Source of the DNA: Candidatus Poribacteria bacterium
Lineage (GTDB): Bacteria > Poribacteria > WGA-4E > WGA-3G
Length of the DNA: 64,000 nt
Direction: 5' to 3'
NCBI GenBank assembly: GCA_022821495.1
Contig: JAJEDN010000130.1
Span: 14,924-78,923 of the forward strand
The notes under the pieces are model-generated. The model was not told the DNA's origin. It did not search any database and saw only the letters and a program-made list of their open reading frames with translations. Of this stretch, positions 56,781 through 64,000 are shown piece after piece. The translations under genes were made by a program, and so were the position numbers. The first letter of the stretch is position 1. Every line of letters begins with the position of its first letter.

Positions 56781-59075
56781 TTAGAAACTATAAAACCACA
56801 TTGTGTTGAACCGAATGCCTTGATCAGATTCAAAGGCTTTTGAAACGTTAAACCGCAAAATAAGATCTCCGTCCCCGAATTGCAAACCGATACCTGCATT
56901 GATCTTAGGTTCAAAAATATAACTCTCGTCAGACATGTTCCACGCTTGTCCCATATCAAAGAAAAACACCGAAAAAATATTCGGATCAGAGAGGTCTATT
57001 ATATTTGTCTCCCAGATGAACAATTTCCAGCGGAACAGCTGCGGCAAATGGTAAAAATACTCGATATTGAAGAGAAATCCACGATCACCGGCAAAAGCGT
57101 AAAGTGGATAGCCATTGAGTATCCCTGGTCCACCAATGATAAATTGGCGTTGAACGGGTAGTGGCGCGGTTGAAAAACTGCCGACTGCACGTGTCCGGAC
57201 CTGATGCTTACCAAACGGATGCGCATAGCGTAGGTGAAGTTGATACCGTGTAAAATCGAATTCGGATCCGAGCGCAGTGCTGCTATATTCAGCGAGGAAG
57301 GTATTGTGCCAACCGAGAAAATCGTGCCGGGTACTATAATCGTATTTGAACAGCGCCGTCTGCATCCGACCCGGCGTTACCACTGGATTTTCACGCGCCT
57401 TTGATTTTGAACGCCAGTTGAAAAAGTGCCAATCCGTGCTTTTTTGTAGACTCTCTTGGGACTCCGCAAGCAGACTCAGTTTGAACGAATGCCTTTGTCG
57501 AATAGGTCTCCATTGCAACGCAACCTCAATCCCTTCTCTCAAATAGTAATTCCGATGATCCGGCACTCCCAAAACTCGGAGAATCGTCATCCCGGTATCG
57601 TCATAAAACGGAAAAAGATCGGGGGCAATGGCACTTGTTGTACGATGCAATTGTGTCGTTAACCCAAGGTGCCATGCATCAGGTTCACCCCAAGCTGCTT
57701 TGCCGCCAACCCGGTAATAGAATTGCTTATTGCCAAACCCATAACCAACCCGTCCGAAGAATTTTGAGAGATCATCTCCGCGGAATTCACGCGGCGCACT
57801 GAGGTCGTAAGATCTATTGGAAGACTTCTGTTTCCGAAAACCCGAATCAGCACGCGCACCCAACTCCCACCCCGTGACGCGATTGAACCCAGCCCACGGG
57901 GCACTATGAAAATAAAAACGGGACGGCAGTGGTGTTTCGACGATGGTAACGATTGCTGTACGTCGAGCACCCTCCTCCTCAATTTGGAAATGTACTGCCT
58001 CTAAACCCGACATCTCGCCCGGCAGTGCTATGAGTGCTTTTTTGATTTCTTCGGGGCCCTTCTCAAGTGCTTTTCTAACATCGTCCGGATGTGTCTCTTG
58101 ATACCCTTGGATCCGTATCTCGTGGATCGGTGCTCCTGCTTCGGTCCGAAACTGTTTTGCCAACATAGAAGGCTCATTTTTCTGATCCGGTATGTTCCCA
58201 ACGATAATTGTAGCACTGCGTTCCCATGCCCGCACGATAAGTTTCTGCTTGTATTCAGATGTATTTGGTGATGGAAGGTTATTCAGCACCTCCTGAATGT
58301 CAGCGGATCCCTTTTGAAGCGCCTGACTCACTTGGGCAATACTATTTTTCTTCTCCGACCGAATATCAATACGTTCAATCGGGTGACCGTAGTAAGTCCA
58401 ATGCCCGTGAAGACTCTCATTATGGCTTCTGGAAAACGCTAAACCGAACTGTGACGGTGCTTCTTTCTTTGAAAAACCTATCGAAAAAAAATGCGGCAGA
58501 TCATCGACCGTACGAAACAGGGTTGGTAGCCGTATAGGTTCTGGCGGCGTTTCAAATTTCTGAAATATTTGTGCATCAAGCGACTTCAATGCAGGCACCT
58601 CTATCCCAACTTGTCCCAAATTCGCTAAAAGTTGCCTTATCTGGTGTGGTGGAATATTGCCTACGATGTTTAACAGATGCATATCACTGGCACTTTGGAC
58701 AACCGCAAAGACACCCAAAATTGCTTTATTTGATTGCGAACTTTGTGCACTGGGTAACTCCAGAACATAGAGACGTACGCCACTATCTTCATGTAGACAT
58801 CGCCAATTTTCTACTTTCAAAGTTTCATCATAGTACCGAACGAATTTATCAAAAATATCCGCGTCATAATGGTATGTGTGGATATAGAGGTCTGTGACCC
58901 TGTCGAAGGGTGCTGTCGTGTCAGCAAGTGTAATAAGCTCACGAGTGAAATGAAATTGAAATTTGGCACGCGGCGCATCAGGACAATCAAGCGCAATTGT
59001 GCCATCAGGTATTTCAGCGGGCACTATTCCTGATGTAATTAGCAATAGGAATATAATAACAATACTTTTTCTCAT
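56781..59075 (-). CDS. Omp85/BamA-superfamily outer-membrane protein (paralog 2)
   Basis: The track ORF extends to 59090. I prefer MRKSIVIIFLLL at 59075. The architecture matches 52973..55471, with clearly homologous barrel blocks by eye (LQKSTDW, FLAE.SSTA.GS.FDFTR). It ends in ..WFYSF. Confidence 0.7.
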   Translation of the reverse strand: MRKSIVIIFLLLITSGIVPAEIPDGTIALDCPDAPRAKFQFHFTRELITLADTTAPFDRVTDLYIHTYHYDADIFDKFVRYYDETLKVENWRCLHEDSGVRLYVLELPSAQSSQSNKAILGVFAVVQSASDMHLLNIVGNIPPHQIRQLLANLGQVGIEVPALKSLDAQIFQKFETPPEPIRLPTLFRTVDDLPHFFSIGFSKKEAPSQFGLAFSRSHNESLHGHWTYYGHPIERIDIRSEKKNSIAQVSQALQKGSADIQEVLNNLPSPNTSEYKQKLIVRAWERSATIIVGNIPDQKNEPSMLAKQFRTEAGAPIHEIRIQGYQETHPDDVRKALEKGPEEIKKALIALPGEMSGLEAVHFQIEEEGARRTAIVTIVETPLPSRFYFHSAPWAGFNRVTGWELGARADSGFRKQKSSNRSYDLSAPREFRGDDLSKFFGRVGYGFGNKQFYYRVGGKAAWGEPDAWHLGLTTQLHRTTSAIAPDLFPFYDDTGMTILRVLGVPDHRNYYLREGIEVALQWRPIRQRHSFKLSLLAESQESLQKSTDWHFFNWRSKSKARENPVVTPGRMQTALFKYDYSTRHDFLGWHNTFLAEYSSTALGSEFDFTRYQLHLRYAHPFGKHQVRTRAVGSFSTAPLPVQRQFIIGGPGILNGYPLYAFAGDRGFLFNIEYFYHLPQLFRWKLFIWETNIIDLSDPNIFSVFFFDMGQAWNMSDESYIFEPKINAGIGLQFGDGDLILRFNVSKAFESDQGIRFNTMWFYSF

Positions 59076-59129
59076 ATCTTCGCTGGACACCTCTCAAGTT
59101 TTATTGTAGTTTTTTCAATCCATCTCGGA

Positions 59130-60113
59130 TTACGGCTCGTCGGGTCGATAGATAACTTCGGGTGGCACAATTTTTATCGGACTATTTGGTGGCCGATAAA
59201 GCCATTGTAGCGCGATCGCATATCGAGGGCCTTGGAAATAGCGAATCTCAACTGGGTGAATGCCTGTGTCAAGTTTTATACTGAGCTGCCTAACCCTTGC
59301 TTGATGAATCCCGTCGTTATCCACGACGAGTTTTCCGTTAATATAGAGCTGTGAACCGTCGTCTGAGTTAAGCCAAAAAGTGTATAGTCCCGGTGTGTCA
59401 ATCTTCAATTCCGCACGGAAACGAATCGCAAAATTTTCAGTGACAGACTGCATGTCAGGTGTCGGGAAGCCCCGGGTATAGTTTCGGGCAGGAACATTTA
59501 AGTGTGATGCAACAAACGTATAGACCGGCAGCATACCCTCAAAATTGGGCATTCGGTGGATAGGGGTACCCGGGACAAACACCTCTGCAATTAAACCCCG
59601 CTCCGGCATCACTGCTATGTCAAAAAGCCCAAGTCCCGTGTCTGCACCATTAAGGGCTTTTTCTGTGTTTCCGATTTTATGTTGGGCATAGCCATCGAAA
59701 AGCCGTGGGTCTACCTCATTAAGTATTTTGGCTGTCATATCTTCGCCAATACTGATATTGGAAACAGGGCTGAGTTCATCTATTTCCGATATATCGGTGT
59801 CCGTAACGGCATCGGGGATCACATCGGCACGAACCAACGCTTTAGGCACATTGACCTGTGTTTCATAAATCGGTGAAGCGGGCGGAACCTCTGATGCCTC
59901 AGCGTATGCCATGCGTGGTCTTAGACGCGCACGCCGGGTCAAAACCCGCTGCCTGACCTCATTTTCAGGGCGCGCCACCAATATCTCCGCAGAGATGCTC
60001 TCGTCCTCTGCATCAAAATGATTGATGAGAGACACTGAGAAAACAAACATCAAAATAACATGTAGACTGAGTGATAATAGTAAAGCACGATTTGTGTATT
60101 TTTGCCTTTTCAT
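59130..60113 (-). CDS. TonB-like N-terminal membrane anchor + C-terminal PA14 domain protein (paralog 2)
   Basis: 327 aa. The anchor is ALLLSLSLHVILMFVFS. The PA14 region is very similar by eye to 55490..56632 (ENFAIRFRAEL, HPVEIRYFQGPRYAIALQW are identical). Confidence 0.7.
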   Translation of the reverse strand: MKRQKYTNRALLLSLSLHVILMFVFSVSLINHFDAEDESISAEILVARPENEVRQRVLTRRARLRPRMAYAEASEVPPASPIYETQVNVPKALVRADVIPDAVTDTDISEIDELSPVSNISIGEDMTAKILNEVDPRLFDGYAQHKIGNTEKALNGADTGLGLFDIAVMPERGLIAEVFVPGTPIHRMPNFEGMLPVYTFVASHLNVPARNYTRGFPTPDMQSVTENFAIRFRAELKIDTPGLYTFWLNSDDGSQLYINGKLVVDNDGIHQARVRQLSIKLDTGIHPVEIRYFQGPRYAIALQWLYRPPNSPIKIVPPEVIYRPDEP

Positions 60114-60142
60114 CTTTCACATCCTATAAACGATAGTGAACA

Positions 60143-60251
60143 GAACTTACGCATTTTTCCATGATAACGAACGTCCAACGCACTGCAGGGTTTTTGCTTG
60201 GGTATTTCTGCAGGGTTTGAAACCCCGCCTGCAATGGGGGGCGTAAGTCCT
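60143..60251. repeat. Composite MITE-like element: ACTTACGC ... family-2 palindrome ... GCGTAAGT inverted termini
   Basis: The 8-bp inverted boxes acttacgc (60146-60153) and gcgtaagt (60241-60248) flank ctgcagggtttgaaaccccgcctgcaatgg. The box is the same one found at the 5' end of family-1 repeats. Confidence 0.55.
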
Positions 60252-60595
60252 GAGTGAATATAAACAGATATGGACATCTGTCGGTAGGTTCGTTTTGGTC
60301 GCGCGTTGATCAACGATAGATCGCTAATCGAGCAACTTACCATAGTTATGTGGGGAATTGTCGTATTATTAGTTAGACAACAATTTTTCAAAGACCGTTC
60401 AAAAAAGAAAATTGTCCCCAACATTCTTTCAAAGCGCGCCTTCCTGTGCGTCTACTATTAGTTAGAAGGCAGAAACCCCAGCAAAAATACCCCGATTTCC
60501 GACCTCCAATAAATTATAACGGATTTAGGTGAATCGTGTTGACATTAAACGCGCGGGATATAGCAGGAAGATTCATAATATAGGCAGGTGTTAGG

Positions 60596-60626
60596 TATTG
60601 GCGAGGTTTCAAACCCCGCCAATACT
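60596..60626. repeat. Family-2-type perfect hairpin (possible terminator/REP) just 3' of the sigma-fusion gene
   Basis: gtattggcgaggtttcaaaccccgccaatac has a 9-bp perfect outer stem. It sits 32 nt downstream of the stop at 60658 on the minus strand. No clear U-tract follows. Confidence 0.55.
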
Positions 60627-60657
60627 GGTTCGTCCAGTAATTGAACAATTTATCCCT

Positions 60658-63600
60658 CTACTCATCAAGCGTAAAACGCAGCACGCCGCTATTGGCAGTC
60701 CCGACATAAAGCACGTTGCCATCAACAGCAAACGAAAGCACAGCATCCGGAATTTCAGGTGTCACCTGTTCCCACGTATTTGAACCTTCTTTTAACGCAT
60801 ACACGTGGTGTCCAGTTGTGCCATATATTGTCGTTCTCTCTACCGCAAACCTCTGCATGACAAGTGTTTCACCTTCAGCATCAGTTACTGGGTGCCAATC
60901 GGTGCCATCGCTTGAATAGGCAACACCGTTGTCGGTCGCTACATAAACCGTTGAGCCTGCAAAGGCGATTGCCTTGAACGCCGTAACAGCAAACGGAAGC
61001 TCTGCAGTGACATCGTTCCAAGTCTCTCCCGCATCAAACGATTGTGAGAGATGTCCATCCCGTTTCCCGACATAGACCGTGCTACCTGACACAGCAATCT
61101 TGAAACCTATAGAATCACGGACATTCATAGACGTAGAAGCCTCGGCAGAATAATCAAAAGGAAAAGCAAGTTCAGTTTCATCTGTTAACCCAGTGTCGTA
61201 CCATTCCGTCATGCCGGGTTCCCATCTGAAAAGCTTCTGCCCATACTCGACGTAGTACGTCTCGCCACTGACAGCAAAACTACCATAAAACGACATCATA
61301 TCAGCTGTAGGTTGTTCCTGAAGTGCCTTATTGAGTGCTTCATTTGTTAGCTGCTCAAAATCAACGTGCTCCTTGAGTTTCTCAGTTATCTGGTCAGAAC
61401 CGATCCCCTTGAGCATCTCTACCTGTTCAGGATCAAGATCCTCAAGATTTGGCTTATCCTTATCTGGAAACGCTTCCTGCAAGATTTCCTGCACGACCTT
61501 GGTCATTATTTCTTCAGGCACGTCTATCGACATCTGTCCCGTGTTACCTGAATTGCCTCCCTCAAAACCAGGCATGCCAGAGGTAAACTTCAAACTGTTG
61601 TCTTCAGTGGATAGACGAAGCAGCGGTGAACGTGAATTCATAGCATTCCCTTTCTTCACATACACGCTATCGTCAAACGCTGCGATCAAGACTCCTTGGT
61701 CCATATATCTAAGCGGCGTCCACGATTCGCCACCGTCCGTTGAAGTGACAAATCCATTCGCTGGATCATTTGCATAGAGTCTACCTTTAACAGCAATTAG
61801 AGTTGTAACAGGTGTGTTAACGAACCCGGTGTTAAACGGATGCCAAGATTCACCGCCATCGGTTGTGCGCAGAATTTTGGATGCTCCGCCTTTGTAGAAA
61901 ATGTTTGTATCGGCGATCAGTAGCGGCGCAGCGACGCCAGAACCTGACGCACCCTTTAAGGGAGTCCATGTCTCTCCTGTATTTGTGGAATAGAAAAACT
62001 CGCCATTTGCATCCGTCACCATAACCCCTGCGCCTGTCGCGAATATCTTGACGGTCGGAAGGTCATCTGTCCCCGGTGGAGGCATATTGGAAAATTGACG
62101 ACCCTTCCGCTGTCTACCCGTCTCACGTTCCTGCCTTTCCCATGGATCTATAGGATACCAAGACGCACCCTGATCTGTTGAGCGATAAAGTGACCACCAA
62201 TCATCGTCTGTTTTTCTGGAGCTGAATAGCGCGCCGAATCCCCTTTTAAACTCTCCGCCTGCTGCAACATAGAGGCGATGTTCGGAAGCAGCCAAAGCGT
62301 GGATCACCGGTTTTTCACCGTGTTTATCCCTCGGACCCACTGACAACAATTCCCAAGATTGAGCGTTAAGCCGATAGAGTCCGCTATTGGTCCCAGCAAA
62401 CACACTGTTTTCAACGGCAACGAGGGCATGGATCTTCTTCAGCCGCATACCATCTCTCAGTGCTACCCATGCGGGTCTACCATCTTTCGAGTAGTAAACG
62501 CCATTCGTAAGCGCGAGGTAAAATCCTGCGTCGGTCACTACAAAGCCTCTGGAAATGCCTTCTGGATGCGTACCCAACGCATGCCACGTCTCCCCGTTAT
62601 CTTCGGATGCCAATACTTCTGTATCGGTGGCGAGATAGAGCCTATCACCGTGTTCTGCCATCTGTACCGCGCCCCCTATCCAATCTTGGAGGCTCAGTGA
62701 ACCGATGCTTCCGGCGTTGACGCGTCGCCATGTCCCTCCATCATCACCGAGTTTGTAAAGGTTCGTTGATGTCCCCGCGTAAACCTCACCAGAATGCGTC
62801 GTGAAGAAACTCGTAGCCATACCCCCTTCCGGACCTTTTGTTTGCGTCCACTGCTGTTGCGGGGTTGAAACTTTCACTTCATCAACCGCCGCCGCAGCGA
62901 AGCGTTGAGCATCAGGTCGCTGACCTGCCCCCGGACTTTTACCCGGCGTAGCAGAACTGCCTACCTGATTCCGCACGGCGGGTTTCGCTGGAGAATCATA
63001 AACAAAAACTGCATCAATAATCTCAACTGTCGGTTCCGAGGTGGCGTTTAGACTATACGGCTTCTGGAAACGGGAAAGGTATTGGGTGCCAACCCCCATC
63101 AGTAGAAAAATCAAAACAGCAGATGCCGCGGAGAGTGCCCACGGCAATACAGGTTTATTCGGAGCAGGCGCAGCCGGAACGAGACGCGAGACCTCGCGCA
63201 TGATGGTCTCTGTTAAGTTCGCAGGCAGTTGAAAACTGCCAAGGTTTTGTTGAATCATGTCTTCCTCCTTCTTTAAACGATTGCGGGCGCGGCTGAGACG
63301 ACTCTTGATAGTGTTCGGAGACACCCCCAAAAACTCACTGATAGCGTTGATTGTCATCTCACCGAGATAAAAAAGTGTTATCACCGTCCGTTCACTTTCC
63401 GGTAACTTTTGAAGCAGCTTCTTGACGACTTCGCGGCGTGTCTCATCGGCTTCTGTCGCCTGTTTATCTGCTACATATCGAGAATATGACACGTGATCCA
63501 CCTCACTTGCATCAATATTATCCATAGATTCCATCGGCATAGCGTTCTTCTGCCGCCAGTCATAACACAAACGTGCCGCAATCACATAGAGCCAGCCACC

Positions 63601-63816
63601 AAACGAATTGTAGCTTTTCAAGTCTCCAAGATTCTGGTACGCCTTAAGAAATGTATCTTGTGTAATCTCTTGTGCGATGTGAAAATCACCGATTTTCCGC
63701 CACGCCAGCGCGTGAATCCCTTTCTGATATTTGTTGACCAAAACCGCGAACGCGTCCTGGTCGCCTTGTAATATTCTTTGAATGAGTTCAACGTCGTTCT
63801 GGGTCATCTTAAGCAT
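60658..63816 (-). CDS. ECF (sigma-70 family) sigma factor fused via a TM helix to a large BNR/Asp-box beta-propeller ectodomain
   Basis: 1052 aa. Sigma region 2 is DAFAVLVNKYQKGIHALAWRKIGDFHIAQEITQDTFLKAY. Region 4 HTH is LPESERTVITLFYLGEMTINAISEFLGVSPNTIKSRLSRARNRL. A hydrophobic helix is PWALSAASAVLIFLLMGVG. At least 8 S/T-x-D-x-G-x-(S/T)-W motifs follow (TDGGESW, DNGETW, NTGETW ...). Confidence 0.8.
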   Translation of the reverse strand: MLKMTQNDVELIQRILQGDQDAFAVLVNKYQKGIHALAWRKIGDFHIAQEITQDTFLKAYQNLGDLKSYNSFGGWLYVIAARLCYDWRQKNAMPMESMDNIDASEVDHVSYSRYVADKQATEADETRREVVKKLLQKLPESERTVITLFYLGEMTINAISEFLGVSPNTIKSRLSRARNRLKKEEDMIQQNLGSFQLPANLTETIMREVSRLVPAAPAPNKPVLPWALSAASAVLIFLLMGVGTQYLSRFQKPYSLNATSEPTVEIIDAVFVYDSPAKPAVRNQVGSSATPGKSPGAGQRPDAQRFAAAAVDEVKVSTPQQQWTQTKGPEGGMATSFFTTHSGEVYAGTSTNLYKLGDDGGTWRRVNAGSIGSLSLQDWIGGAVQMAEHGDRLYLATDTEVLASEDNGETWHALGTHPEGISRGFVVTDAGFYLALTNGVYYSKDGRPAWVALRDGMRLKKIHALVAVENSVFAGTNSGLYRLNAQSWELLSVGPRDKHGEKPVIHALAASEHRLYVAAGGEFKRGFGALFSSRKTDDDWWSLYRSTDQGASWYPIDPWERQERETGRQRKGRQFSNMPPPGTDDLPTVKIFATGAGVMVTDANGEFFYSTNTGETWTPLKGASGSGVAAPLLIADTNIFYKGGASKILRTTDGGESWHPFNTGFVNTPVTTLIAVKGRLYANDPANGFVTSTDGGESWTPLRYMDQGVLIAAFDDSVYVKKGNAMNSRSPLLRLSTEDNSLKFTSGMPGFEGGNSGNTGQMSIDVPEEIMTKVVQEILQEAFPDKDKPNLEDLDPEQVEMLKGIGSDQITEKLKEHVDFEQLTNEALNKALQEQPTADMMSFYGSFAVSGETYYVEYGQKLFRWEPGMTEWYDTGLTDETELAFPFDYSAEASTSMNVRDSIGFKIAVSGSTVYVGKRDGHLSQSFDAGETWNDVTAELPFAVTAFKAIAFAGSTVYVATDNGVAYSSDGTDWHPVTDAEGETLVMQRFAVERTTIYGTTGHHVYALKEGSNTWEQVTPEIPDAVLSFAVDGNVLYVGTANSGVLRFTLDE

Positions 63817-63914
63817 CCCTCCGAAATTGAGCTACCTTTTAACTTTAAGTGACTGATTTGAAGTATCGAAAAGTTGCATTATTTAACGATGCGGTTAGAA
63901 AAAGCGTTTATGAC

Positions 63915-63944
63915 AATAAAAAAGGCGCGCTCGGAAAGCGCGCC
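63915..63944 (-). terminator. Rho-independent terminator for a minus-strand gene lying beyond the right edge
   Basis: ggcgcgct-cggaa-agcgcgcc forms an 8-bp GC stem. The adjacent aataaaaaa on the + strand gives a U-tract on the minus strand. This implies the sigma-fusion gene has its own promoter in 63817-63914. Confidence 0.6.
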
Positions 63945-64000
63945 TACGATAATTTAATTACGTTGACAACGACCACTATGCATCATAGCAAATTTTTAAT

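Noticed and set aside
60110-60424. A 104-aa minus-strand ORF sits in the spacer upstream of the PA14 gene.
   Set aside because: Its sequence is largely a translation of family-2 repeat DNA (…PIAGGVSNPAE…). It overlaps the PA14 start and has no RBS. It is most likely non-coding.
1-64000. I searched for tRNA, rRNA, tmRNA and riboswitch-like structures in the intergenic regions.
   Set aside because: I found no cloverleaf-like or rRNA-like sequence by eye. Intergenic regions are short or occupied by repeats. I cannot exclude small ncRNAs without covariance-model searches (tRNAscan-SE, Infernal/Rfam).

Overview
This 64-kb bacterial chromosomal window is densely coded and mostly on the minus strand. 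I found no rRNA, tRNA or CRISPR array by eye. The gene content suggests an uncultivated Gram-negative lineage: many Gfo/Idh/MocA and PhyH-type oxidoreductases, T9SS-like C-terminal sorting domains, a futalosine-pathway gene, and large TPR and STAND proteins. I cannot place it taxonomically from sequence alone. Housekeeping anchors are acnA, ftsH-folP-acpS, an HtrA protease, a DinG-like helicase and an M20 amidohydrolase. The left edge carries part of a DNA phosphorothioation (Dnd) cluster: dndC, then dndD running off the window. Directly upstream on the same strand sit an unrecognisable 605-aa protein with a HEPN-like motif and a PIN nuclease, and their stop and start codons overlap. This pair is my best candidate for an undescribed defence or effector module. 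The right third holds a second unusual locus. A 1052-aa ECF sigma factor is fused through a TM helix to a BNR/Asp-box beta-propeller. It is followed by two tandem paralogous gene pairs (TonB-like anchor plus PA14 protein, then an Omp85-type outer-membrane protein) and a DUF4159 gene. Other accessory content includes MazEF, a fused MNT-HEPN protein, four PhyH dioxygenase paralogs within about 5 kb, a cyclase-NB-ARC-TPR STAND protein, a flotillin with an internal 264-bp tandem duplication, and a beta/gamma-crystallin fusion protein. Two families of short dispersed palindromic repeats share a common box. All domain calls come from motif recognition by eye, and no searches were run.
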